A stretch of 64,000 nt of DNA from an uncultured Campylobacter sp. (GTDB taxonomy: Bacteria > Campylobacterota > Campylobacteria > Campylobacterales > Campylobacteraceae), in NCBI GenBank assembly GCA_963529615.1, contig CAUSAC010000005.1, positions 735 to 64,734 of the forward strand. Direction: 5' to 3'. The notes under the pieces are model-generated. The model ran no database searches. It was given only the letters and a program-made list of their open reading frames with translations, and was not told where the DNA came from. The position numbers and the translations under genes are program-made. Shown piece by piece: positions 1 through 8,814 of the stretch (positions within the stretch are counted from its first letter, which is position 1; each line of letters begins with the position of its first letter).

Positions 1-874
1 TCTCGCCCGCGGTGAAGTAGCTGATGAGGCTGAGCTTCGCAAAGGAGCGCTTGATGATGAGCTCCAGCCCGCTTTGCTGCGCGCCCAGGCTCTGCAGCAT
101 CTCGTGCGTCTCCTCGTCGCTTAAGCCTATGAGTTCCTCTTCGATCTTGGCGCAGAGCTTGATTACCTCGGCGCCGCGGGCGTTTGCGTATTCTCTTACG
201 CGCGCGACATATTCGTTATCCTGCGCGATGCCGTCTTCGTCCACATTGGCGCCGTAGATTACATCTTTGGCGCTAAGCAGGCGCAGCTCGCGATTTAAAG
301 CGATGTAGCTTTCATCCTCTTTGAGCGCAAAATTTGAAGCGGGCTTGCCGTCGTTTAGATGCGCTAAAAGCTCGTTTGCTACGGCTAGCGCCTCTTTAGC
401 GCCCTTTTGATTTGCTTTGGCTTCCTTGCCGAGACGCTCGATCTTGCGTCCAAGCTGCTCGATGTCCGCTAAAATAAGCTCGGTTTCGATGATCTCGATG
501 TCGCGGATAGGATCGACGCAGCCTTCGACGTGGGTTATGTCGCCGCTTTCGAAGCAGCGCACGATATGAAGGATGATCTCGCACTCGCGGATATTTGAAA
601 GAAATTTATTTCCCAGCCCCTCGCCCTTGCTAGCTCCGCGCACGAGACCCGCGATATCTACAAACTCAATAGTCGAATGCACGATGCGACCGGGCTTAAC
701 GATCTCCGCCAGCTTTGCTAGCCGCGCATCGGGCACGGGCACGACCGCCTTATTGGGCTCAATCGTGCAAAATGGATAGTTTTGCGCCTGCGCGTTTTGC
801 GCGCCGCTAAGAGCGTTAAATGTAGTGGATTTACCGACGTTCGGAAGCCCTACGATCCCTACTGAAAGCCCCAT
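1..874 (-). CDS. ychF: Redox-regulated ATPase YchF (Obg-family GTPase); 3' end runs off the window
   Basis: My reverse translation from the ATG at 874 gives [92 protein letters not shown]. This carries the P-loop and the typical YchF N-terminus. It is missing from the ORF track because no stop lies inside the window. Confidence 0.9.
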   Translation of the reverse strand, partial: MGLSVGIVGLPNVGKSTTFNALSGAQNAQAQNYPFCTIEPNKAVVPVPDARLAKLAEIVKPGRIVHSTIEFVDIAGLVRGASKGEGLGNKFLSNIRECEIILHIVRCFESGDITHVEGCVDPIRDIEIIETELILADIEQLGRKIERLGKEAKANQKGAKEALAVANELLAHLNDGKPASNFALKEDESYIALNRELRLLSAKDVIYGANVDEDGIAQDNEYVARVREYANARGAEVIKLCAKIEEELIGLSDEETHEMLQSLGAQQSGLELIIKRSFAKLSLISYFTAGE

Positions 875-2335
875 TTATGCGTCCTTTAGCTCTTTGGCTA
901 GAGCCTGCAAGAAATATAAGTTTGCTCTCACGCCCGCGCCAGTCGCGCCCGCTGCGTAATAGCCCCACGCCTTTTCCAGATACGCAGGCCCTGCGATATC
1001 AAGGTGCAGCCATTTGTCTTTATACTCGTCTTTTATAAATTTATCCAAAAACAGCCCCGCTGTTATCGCGCCGCCGTATCTGCTCGAAGCGCAGTTGGAG
1101 ACGTCTGCGATACTGCTTTTAATTAGCTCGCGCAGATAATCGTTAAATTCCAAAATGCTAAATAGCTCGCCGCTTGATCCGCTAAGATCTTTAAATTTAC
1201 GCTTTAGCTCCTCGCTGTTTCCCATGATGCCGCTCGTGTATTCGCCCAGGCCCACGACGCAAGCGCCGGTAAGCGTCGCCATATCGATTAGCAGATCAGG
1301 CTCAAGATCCTGCGCGTAGCTTAGGCAGTCGGCAAGCACGAGTCTGCCCTCCGCGTCGGTATTTCGTACCTCGATACTTACGCCGCTGCGACTAAGTAGC
1401 ACGTCGTCGGGTTTATACGAATCGCCGCCGATCATATTTTCAGTAGCGCCGATGACCGCATGTATCTCAAACGGCAACTCAAGCTCGGCTGCGCCCTTGA
1501 TGATGCCCATCGCAGCAAGCGCGCCGCTTTTATCGCTTTTCATCGTAAGCATATAATCGGCAGGCTTAAGGCTTAGCCCGCCGCTGTCGTAAGTAAGTCC
1601 TTTACCGACGAAAACAATGCGCTTTAGGCAGCGCTGCGGCTTATAGATCAGATGGATGAGGCGCGGCGGATGAGCGCTGGAGCGATTGACCGCCAAAAAC
1701 GCATTCATATTCTGCTCGCGCAAAAAATCCTCGTCGTAAATTTTAACGCTCACGTCGTCGTAGTTCGAGGCTAAAATTTCAGCCTCGCTCGCCATCTTTT
1801 CGGGCGTGTAAATTTCAGGTATCTCATTGACGCCGTCGCGCGCGAAATTTGCGGCATTTGCCATCACGGTGCCCTGCTGTACGCCGTAGTTCATCTTTTG
1901 CACGTCGGGGCTACCGCCGCCGTACTCCTGCGTCGAGATTAAAATTTCATTCAAGCTGGAGTTTTTTTTATCGCTTTTGTATTTGTTAAACTCATAACCG
2001 CCCAAAAGCACGCCCTCGACCATCGCCATCGTGCTTCTGCGGTCGCAGCCGCATTTGTAAAAGGCGATTTTGAAATTTTTGATCGCGTAGCCCTTAAGCG
2101 CGTTGTATGCACTTGCAAGTGCTGTGCGGACGCGGTCATATTCTAGCGCCTTGACGCCGATGTACAGCCGCCCGCTCTCGGCAAGCAGCAGATTGCCCTC
2201 CCCTTTGTAATTAAAAAGCGCAAACTTATCCGCGTCTTTAATAAATTCGTGATTTAAATTTTTATCTACAACCAAAATAACTTCAAAATCCGCCTCTATA
2301 TCGTTAATCTTACGATCTAGTAGTTTTACTTTCAT
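875..2335 (-). CDS. pepA: Leucyl aminopeptidase, M17 family
   Basis: 486 aa with the M17 signature NTDAEGRLVLAD and VGKGLTYDSGG. Its stop abuts the ychF start. Confidence 0.93.
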   Translation of the reverse strand: MKVKLLDRKINDIEADFEVILVVDKNLNHEFIKDADKFALFNYKGEGNLLLAESGRLYIGVKALEYDRVRTALASAYNALKGYAIKNFKIAFYKCGCDRRSTMAMVEGVLLGGYEFNKYKSDKKNSSLNEILISTQEYGGGSPDVQKMNYGVQQGTVMANAANFARDGVNEIPEIYTPEKMASEAEILASNYDDVSVKIYDEDFLREQNMNAFLAVNRSSAHPPRLIHLIYKPQRCLKRIVFVGKGLTYDSGGLSLKPADYMLTMKSDKSGALAAMGIIKGAAELELPFEIHAVIGATENMIGGDSYKPDDVLLSRSGVSIEVRNTDAEGRLVLADCLSYAQDLEPDLLIDMATLTGACVVGLGEYTSGIMGNSEELKRKFKDLSGSSGELFSILEFNDYLRELIKSSIADVSNCASSRYGGAITAGLFLDKFIKDEYKDKWLHLDIAGPAYLEKAWGYYAAGATGAGVRANLYFLQALAKELKDA

Positions 2336-2933
2336 CTCGTTCCTTTCTTGAGTTCATAAAGTGATTTTCCATACGTTTAAATAACCTAAAAAATAGATAT
2401 AAAATTCCGCCTATGATAGGTATCGCAAAATACCAGTGTTGCTCGATTAGCCGCAGCCCGCTCCAGATCTCCTCGCCAAAATACCACGCTAAAACCATCG
2501 TCGCACCCGACCAGCACCAAGCACTAAAAAGATTGATAATCGCAAATTTCTTTGCGCTGTAGCGAGTGATGCCGATACTCATCGGGATGATGACGCGGAA
2601 GCCATACATATAGCGCTGCATTAAAATTATCGGCCAGCCGTAGCGTTGCAAAAGCAGGTGTGCGATCGCAAATTTTCGGCGCTGCGCCGCGAGCTTTTTA
2701 CTGATATATTTTTTGTTGTAGCGACCGATATAAAAATAAAACTGATCGCCGCAAAATGCCCCAAGTCCCGCGACAAAGATACCTAGCGGCAAATTTATGT
2801 GCCCCTCGTGCGCCATGATACCGCCCAAAATCAGTGCGATTTCGCCTTCTAAAATACACCAAACGAAAAGCACGATATAGGCGTATTGGTGGTATTCTTG
2901 TAATAAATTTTTAAGTAGCTCTTCCAAAATCAC
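2310..2933 (-). CDS. DedA-family inner membrane protein
   Basis: Multi-TM protein with a DedA-like core (GDQFYFYIGRY...). I trimmed the ORF-track start to the GTG at 2933, which forms a GTGA overlap with the apt stop. The longer ORF would overlap apt by about 100 nt. Confidence 0.8.
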   Translation of the reverse strand: MILEELLKNLLQEYHQYAYIVLFVWCILEGEIALILGGIMAHEGHINLPLGIFVAGLGAFCGDQFYFYIGRYNKKYISKKLAAQRRKFAIAHLLLQRYGWPIILMQRYMYGFRVIIPMSIGITRYSAKKFAIINLFSAWCWSGATMVLAWYFGEEIWSGLRLIEQHWYFAIPIIGGILYLFFRLFKRMENHFMNSRKERDESKTTRS

Positions 2934-3478
2934 GCCTCTAAAACGCAATAAACATTTGTGCGTCGCGAAAACTCGCCTAGATCGTTCAGCTCGCGTAAAT
3001 TTAGCAAAAAGCAGGCTTCGACGCACTTAGCCTGCGTCTGCGCGATGAGATCTAATGCCGCTCGTGCGGTGCCTCCGGTGGCGATAAGATCGTCGATTAG
3101 CAGCACCTTGGCATCTTGCACGCCGGAGAATGCATCCACATGCATCTCGACCTGATCGAAGCCGTATTCAAGGCTGTATTTTTGCGAAATCGTGATGTAA
3201 GGAAGCTTCTTTGGCTTTCTAATCGGCACAAAAGCGACCCTCAACCTAGCAGCAAGCGCCGCTGCAAAAATAAATCCGCGACTTTCTATGCCTACTATGT
3301 AATCAAGTCCGTAATCAGCGTAGCGCTCAGCTAGATGATCAAGCAGGAAATTAAACGCCTCGCGATCGCCTACGAGCGTCGTGATATCGTAAAACAAAAT
3401 ACCGGGCTTTGGGAAGTCGCGCACGGTGCGGATCGAGCGAAATAAATAGCTTTTTTGCTCGCTGCTTAGGCTTTTCAT
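2930..3478 (-). CDS. apt: Adenine phosphoribosyltransferase
   Basis: 182 aa with the PRPP-binding motif VLLIDDLIATGGT and an Apt-like N-terminus (IRTVRDFPKPGILFYDIT). Confidence 0.93.
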   Translation of the reverse strand: MKSLSSEQKSYLFRSIRTVRDFPKPGILFYDITTLVGDREAFNFLLDHLAERYADYGLDYIVGIESRGFIFAAALAARLRVAFVPIRKPKKLPYITISQKYSLEYGFDQVEMHVDAFSGVQDAKVLLIDDLIATGGTARAALDLIAQTQAKCVEACFLLNLRELNDLGEFSRRTNVYCVLEA

Positions 3479-3717
3479 AGCTTACCTCTTTTCAATCTTG
3501 CGTTTTGGATTTTTAAGCTGCAGTTTTCGCTCTCCTCGTTTTGTAGGGCCTCAATGCCGAAGCGAAGGGCAGTTTTAAGCTTTTCGTTATCGCTTTTAAG
3601 CTTTAAAATTTTTTCTTCGCTCTTACGAAGTAAGGCGTAAATTTTAGAATTTTTTCGGATCGATAGAATAAGTAGTGCTGCAAAAAATAGCGCTAAAACG
3701 CCTAATGCTACGCTCAT
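3475..3717 (-). CDS. Small membrane-anchored coiled-coil protein, unknown function
   Basis: 80 aa with an N-terminal TM helix followed by a K/E-rich helix. ATGA overlaps at both ends (rpiB stop, apt start) suggest translational coupling. Confidence 0.5.
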   Translation of the reverse strand: MSVALGVLALFFAALLILSIRKNSKIYALLRKSEEKILKLKSDNEKLKTALRFGIEALQNEESENCSLKIQNARLKRGKL

Positions 3718-5087
3718 TGCTCGCCTCCTTCATTTGAATTTGCAAAGCGGCGCATAGTAGCAGAGGTTGCGCTAAAATAGGCAGAATTTAAGCTTTTAAA
3801 ATCTATGCTAGAAAGATTTGCACCCTTTAAATTTACGCTCGTAATAGCAGAATTCTCATCTGTTAAACCCGCACTAGCGCAATTTGCGTTTTCTGGCTTA
3901 ACGCTCATGCAAACAGAATTTTTAGCCTTGAAATTTATAATTGCTGGGTTCAAACCGACAAAATCTTTGCGGCTAGCTTTTTGAGCGAAATTTTTCTTAC
4001 AAACGCTCGCGCGCGTAAAATTTAACGTAGAATTTGCGCCAGTGGAATTTTTATCTAGCGGATTTTTCTCATTAAAGATTATCTTTGCGTGCGTAGAATC
4101 TAAATTTATATGACGTGCGCCACCAAAGCTTATCAAGGGATTCTTGCCGGTAAATAAGAAATTTTTATCGTTAAGGCTCCGCGCAAAATTTGACGCGAAA
4201 TCCGTGTCGATAGGATTTTTGCTAGAAGTGCTTTTGCCGGCGAAGCTTGATTTGGAATTTCGTCCGTTTAAATTAGCGTCACAGCTTTGTTCCGTAAAAT
4301 TTTGAGCGGAATTCTGCATGAAATTCTCCCCGTCAAATCCAAGCATGCAATTCACACTACCGCAAGCGCCTAGCTTTGCGACGCGCTTAATGTGCCTACC
4401 GCCCGCAAAATCGGTGCTAAAAAACGCCCTAATCATATCTCCGATCACCAGCGCGCCCATCAATCGCTCGCCGAAGGCTAGGACGTTAGCGTCGTTGTGT
4501 TCTCTAGCTAGTCTAGCGCTAGTCGCGTCATGACACAACGCGCAGCGGATGTGAGCGTGGCGATTTGCGGCGATGCTGATACCGATGCCCGTACCGCAAA
4601 TCAAAACGCCGTAAATGCCGTAGTCGGTGGAATTTAAAATTTTATCTTTGCTCGCATTCGAGCTTAAGGCTGCATTTACGCTGGTAGTCATGCTCTCGCT
4701 AGTGTTAAAATTTTGACGACTAGCGTTTTTGGCAGCGTTAAAATTTTCATTTTTCCCGCTACATTGCACGGCGTCGTTAAAATTTCCGCAGCCGTTTATA
4801 CTTGCGACAAAATTTTCGTTACCGCCCGCTTCGTAATTTTCCGCGGCTGCAGCGGAATTTATGCCGTCGTTTTCTTTAAAATTTTCACTTCGCGCGCAGG
4901 CTTCACATTCGGCTAAAATTTTATCCGCCAACGTGTCCGCAAAATCGGGATAGTCCACGCTCGCTTCGGCACTATACGTGCCAAGATCGACCGCTTCGTA
5001 ACCTAAAGCGGCGAGCGCTTTTTTAGCTTGTTCTTTGGCATGAAAGCCCGCGTGATCGCTCGCTATGAAAATTTTATTTATTTGCAT
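3714..5087 (-). CDS. rpiB: Ribose-5-phosphate isomerase B with a large internal low-complexity insert and a C-terminal extension of about 215 aa
   Basis: The RpiB core is clear: KIFIASDHAGF...VDYPDF, then VLICGTGIGISIAANR...HNDANVLAFGERL...GGRHIKRV. The ORF is 457 aa, against about 145-150 aa for typical RpiB. Confidence 0.8.
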   Translation of the reverse strand: MQINKIFIASDHAGFHAKEQAKKALAALGYEAVDLGTYSAEASVDYPDFADTLADKILAECEACARSENFKENDGINSAAAAENYEAGGNENFVASINGCGNFNDAVQCSGKNENFNAAKNASRQNFNTSESMTTSVNAALSSNASKDKILNSTDYGIYGVLICGTGIGISIAANRHAHIRCALCHDATSARLAREHNDANVLAFGERLMGALVIGDMIRAFFSTDFAGGRHIKRVAKLGACGSVNCMLGFDGENFMQNSAQNFTEQSCDANLNGRNSKSSFAGKSTSSKNPIDTDFASNFARSLNDKNFLFTGKNPLISFGGARHINLDSTHAKIIFNEKNPLDKNSTGANSTLNFTRASVCKKNFAQKASRKDFVGLNPAIINFKAKNSVCMSVKPENANCASAGLTDENSAITSVNLKGANLSSIDFKSLNSAYFSATSATMRRFANSNEGGEQ

Positions 5088-5096
5088 TGCCGCTCC

Positions 5097-5942
5097 TTAT
5101 TTTTGCTCATAGATTAGGCTCTCGTCGTTTTGCAAGGTATCGACGAAGCGCCCGATTCGCTCCCAGCGGATCTTGCGATCGGCATCGATACTAAAATATG
5201 TAAACCACGGCTTACCGACGATCAGACGATAGGGTACCGGACCCCAGAAGCGGCTATCGGCAGAATTATTTCGATTATCGCCTATCATAAAATACTCATC
5301 CTGCGGCACTTTGATGTAAAAGGCATTGAAGCTTATCCCCGCAGCTTCGAAGCTATGAGGAATTTCACTTAAACTAATGGGTTTCATAGAAAGCTCACCC
5401 TTCTCAAGTGCGATTTTGACATTTGTTAGCATTGAGTTTCTAGCATTAGGGTCGTAGTGAATGCCCTTAAATTTATACGGCTCTTTGACATATTTTTCGC
5501 CGCCCAAAATCACAATATCGCGGGCATCATAGTTTGCGGCAATGAACTCGTCGCCTTCATGCGGACGAAGGTAGAAATTATTCAGATCAAATATCACCTC
5601 GTCGCCGCCTACGGCAAAATTTCGCTTTACAAAGTGCATTTTTTCATTAAGCGGATAGCGAAAAACCACGATGTCGCCGCGCTTCGGACCCTCGCCGCGG
5701 ATGATATGCCCATCTCCGTCGCTATCAGGAGCCACCTGCCACTCTACAAAGGGAATATGCGGAGTCGGGATACCGTAGCTAAATTTTTTAACGAATAAAA
5801 AATCGCCCTCTAAAAGCGTAGTGCGCATCGATCCGCTGGGGATCACGAAGGCTTGCGCAACAAAAAGAATGACGAATAAAACGACGATGACCGTCCCCGT
5901 CCAACTTGATAAAAAGTGATAAATTTTGCTTAGTATTTTCAT
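5097..5942 (-). CDS. lepB: Signal peptidase I
   Basis: 281 aa with an N-terminal TM helix, PSGSM (catalytic Ser box) and GDNRNNSADSRFWG. Confidence 0.92.
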   Translation of the reverse strand: MKILSKIYHFLSSWTGTVIVVLFVILFVAQAFVIPSGSMRTTLLEGDFLFVKKFSYGIPTPHIPFVEWQVAPDSDGDGHIIRGEGPKRGDIVVFRYPLNEKMHFVKRNFAVGGDEVIFDLNNFYLRPHEGDEFIAANYDARDIVILGGEKYVKEPYKFKGIHYDPNARNSMLTNVKIALEKGELSMKPISLSEIPHSFEAAGISFNAFYIKVPQDEYFMIGDNRNNSADSRFWGPVPYRLIVGKPWFTYFSIDADRKIRWERIGRFVDTLQNDESLIYEQK

Positions 5943-6800
5943 TTAGGCTCTTTGTCTTAAGCGATTTTTCGCCGATTTTATCGTGTTACTCAAAAGCATC
6001 GCAATCGTCATCGGCCCCACGCCCCCCGGTACGGGCGTGATGAACGAGCATTTCGGCGCGACTGCTTCGAAATCGACGTCGCCTCTTAGCTTGCCGTCCT
6101 CGCCGCGATTAATCCCCACATCGATCACCACTGCGCCTTGTTTTACCATATTGGCACCCACAAAATGCGCCCTACCGACCGCCACGACCAAAATGTCGGC
6201 GTCTGCGCAAATCCGCTTTAAGTCTTTCGTCTTGCTATGAGCGATAGTGACGGTGGCATCGGCATTTAATAGCAGGCTCGCCATCGGCTTTCCGACGATA
6301 TTGCTGCGACCCAGCACGACGGCATTTTTGCCCGCAATCTGCACGCCGTATTCCTCAAGTAGACGCATCACGCCAAGCGGAGTGCAAGGCACAAAACCGT
6401 CTGCAAGCCCGCTAGTAAGCTTGCCTATGTTTATCGCGCTAAATCCGTCCACGTCCTTCTGCGGGCTTATTTTTTCTAAAATTTTATTCATATCGATATG
6501 TTTTGGAAGCGGTAGCTGCACCAAGATGCCGTCGATGCTTTCGTCCTCGTTTAAATTTTCTATCAGTTCTAAAAGCGCCGCCTCGCCCACGTCGGAGCTC
6601 AAGCGGTGCGCTACGGATCGGATCCCACAGGCGGCGCAGGCTTTTTCCTTACTCGCGACATAGGTCTTGCTCGCCGCGTCCTCGCCTACTAAAATCACCG
6701 CCAGCGCGGGCTTTACGCCCTTTACGGTAAGATCAGAAACGGCCGATTTGATCTCATCTTTTACCTTGGCGCTTATGCTTTTGCCGTCGATTAAAGTCAT
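5943..6800 (-). CDS. folD: Bifunctional methylenetetrahydrofolate dehydrogenase/cyclohydrolase
   Basis: 285 aa with typical FolD blocks: VILVGEDAASKTYV, GILVQLPLP, VVLGRSNIVGKP, PVPGGVGPMT. The folD-lepB order matches C. jejuni. Confidence 0.95.
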   Translation of the reverse strand: MTLIDGKSISAKVKDEIKSAVSDLTVKGVKPALAVILVGEDAASKTYVASKEKACAACGIRSVAHRLSSDVGEAALLELIENLNEDESIDGILVQLPLPKHIDMNKILEKISPQKDVDGFSAINIGKLTSGLADGFVPCTPLGVMRLLEEYGVQIAGKNAVVLGRSNIVGKPMASLLLNADATVTIAHSKTKDLKRICADADILVVAVGRAHFVGANMVKQGAVVIDVGINRGEDGKLRGDVDFEAVAPKCSFITPVPGGVGPMTIAMLLSNTIKSAKNRLRQRA

Positions 6801-7094
6801 TTAAAGCCTTTTTGAAAAATAAGGCAAATGTTACCCTAAAATTTATAAAATTTAGATTTATTTAGCGGGATTTATGGGAATTTGAAAGAATTTTAAAAAG
6901 AATTTCGTCCTGCTCAAATAAGCCTAAATTTTATCGTCATTATAGACGGATGGACACCTTGGCGCCGCTACATTCAGGCCAAGACGCTGCTAAGGCTTGT
7001 ATTGTGGAATAAAGCCTTGTTTGAGCAAGAACTACGACCTTGTTATTTGCTCGCCTTTAAACGCTCCGTATCGTCGCCCGCCGCGCAATATACG

Positions 7095-7232
7095 CTATGC
7101 GTAATAGTAGCCTGTATAATGGTGGCTCGGTGCCTTATTTTGCTCTGGCTTTGGGACATCTTGCGGTCTGTTCCTAGAGCAGCCGCATATAAACAGCGCC
7201 GCACATAGAAATAAAACGATCTTTTGCACCAT
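7095..7232 (-). CDS. Small putative lipoprotein (45 aa)
   Basis: Internal ATG at 7232 preceded by AAAGGA. The product is MVQKIVLFLCAALFICGCSRN..., a signal peptide with a lipobox-like ICGC. The DUF4810 gene at 63323 has a similar FCGC. Confidence 0.35.
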   Translation of the reverse strand: MVQKIVLFLCAALFICGCSRNRPQDVPKPEQNKAPSHHYTGYYYA

Positions 7233-7570
7233 AGATCCTTTCAAAATCTTTATGATTTTATCTTTGAGTGGTTTCAAAATTTTACAAAATTTAGAAAAGC
7301 ACTCATAAAAATTTTATCCCCTTTGAAATTTAAAATTTTTGGCGAATTCTAACAACACAAATTTCGTCAAAATTTAGACTTCGCGCAAGTTAGAATCTCG
7401 CGAAAAAATCAAAATTCTGGCGATGCAAATCGTATTTAGTGCAATTTTACGCGATACGCGCCGTGCAAGATCGCGCAATCTCCGCCTCGCGCGCCGAAAT
7501 ACCGCGCCAAATAAGCCGCGCCGCTCTAAATTTCAAAATTTAGCTAAATTTTAAAGCACCGCGTTTAAAT

Positions 7571-8785
7571 TTACTCGTTGCGTAGTGTTTGCAGCACGTC
7601 GATCTGCGTGGCTTTTTTGGCAGGATACCACGACGAAAGCGCCACGATAAGCACCGCGCCGATTAAAATCATCGCCAAATCGCCTAGCGAGAGCTCCATC
7701 GGCAGCTTCGAACTTCCGTAAACATCGGCGGGCAGATTTACGATGTCGAAGCTTCCGAGTAGCCACACGCCGAATAGGCCCAAAATCAGCCCAAATATGA
7801 TGCCGCCGCCGCCGATCGTGGCTCCGAGCGCAAAAAAGGTTCTTTTGACCTCCTTTTTGCTGGCACCCAGGCTAAGTAAAAGCGCGATCTCTTGGCGGCG
7901 GTTCATCACGGTCATCAGAAGCGAACTTACGATATTTAGGCTCGCGACTAGGATTATTAGCATCAGCACGATGAAAAGCGCGCGCTTCTCAAGCGCAAGG
8001 GCACTGAAAAAATTGCCGTTTTGCTGCCACCAGCCCACGGCGCTAGTGCCGCTAGGGAGGCTTTTTTTGATGCGCTCCAGATCCTTAAACGGATCGTTTG
8101 AAAAAACATGCACGCCGTCGAATGTCCCCTCGTCGTAGCCTAAAATTTTGGCTAGATCGCTTGCGTCTGCGTAGGAATACGCCTTGTCGTAGGCGATCAG
8201 CCCCGAGCTGAAATCCGCGCGCACGTCAAAGCGCTTCATCTTGGGGATTAGCGCAAAGCCGCCCGGATCGCTCTTCGTAAAGATCATCGTGATCTTGCTG
8301 CCCTCATCCAGCATAAACTCGTCCTTGATCCCGCGCCCTATCATGATGCCGTAGTCCGTTAGATTGGCATCTTTGGCGCCTGCTGCGACGACGGAATTGA
8401 TGCGTTTTTCGTCGTTTAAATTTACGCCAAAAATCAGCCCACCCTCGAGCTTCTCGCCGCTTTTGGCGATGACTTGCGAGCTGATGTAGGGGCTAAAGAT
8501 CAGATCGGGGAAGTCCGCCCGCAGCCCGTCTATGTCGTCTTTTGAAATGCCGCCGCGAAAGTGGCTGTGGATCGTGATCGGGTAGTTCATCGTAAAGAGC
8601 TTGCGCTCGAATTCTTTATCAAAGCCGTTCATTATCGCCATCGCGACAATGAGAACCGTAAGCCCCACGCCGACGCCCAAGAACGCAAGCAGCGCCGAAA
8701 GCGTAATGAAGGGCTGAGAGCGATCGAATCTGAGATATTTGAATAATAAATACTTTACCAAAAAGCCGTCCTTGTAAAATTTCAC
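7571..8785 (-). CDS. Lipoprotein-releasing system permease, LolC/LolE (FtsX) family
   Basis: 404 aa with a conserved N-terminus LVKYLLFKYLRFD, four TM helices and a periplasmic MacB-like domain. The track start is GTG at 8785. A TTG at 8761 with an AAGGA 7 nt upstream is an alternative start. Confidence 0.85.
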   Translation of the reverse strand: MKFYKDGFLVKYLLFKYLRFDRSQPFITLSALLAFLGVGVGLTVLIVAMAIMNGFDKEFERKLFTMNYPITIHSHFRGGISKDDIDGLRADFPDLIFSPYISSQVIAKSGEKLEGGLIFGVNLNDEKRINSVVAAGAKDANLTDYGIMIGRGIKDEFMLDEGSKITMIFTKSDPGGFALIPKMKRFDVRADFSSGLIAYDKAYSYADASDLAKILGYDEGTFDGVHVFSNDPFKDLERIKKSLPSGTSAVGWWQQNGNFFSALALEKRALFIVLMLIILVASLNIVSSLLMTVMNRRQEIALLLSLGASKKEVKRTFFALGATIGGGGIIFGLILGLFGVWLLGSFDIVNLPADVYGSSKLPMELSLGDLAMILIGAVLIVALSSWYPAKKATQIDVLQTLRNE

Positions 8786-8814
8786 ATAAAATTTAGCGCT
8801 AAATTCTATGTGAA
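8781..8814. repeat. 34-bp near-perfect palindrome over the Lol permease start codon
   Basis: TTCACATAAAATTTAGCGCTAAATTCTATGTGAA, with one mismatched pair. It covers the GTG at 8785. Confidence 0.8.

Noticed and set aside
3717-4100. Pentapeptide-repeat domain in the RpiB tail (NLKGANLSSIDFKSLNSAYFSATSA)
   Set aside because: Only a few loosely matching pentads are present. The pattern follows from the nucleotide words rather than from a regular A(D/N)LXX register.
6801-7094. Possible structured RNA downstream of the small lipoprotein ORF (inverted repeat TGCTCAAA...TTTGAGCA at about 6911-7028)
   Set aside because: It has only one long-range pairing with a large loop. It does not match any RNA family I can recognise from sequence.
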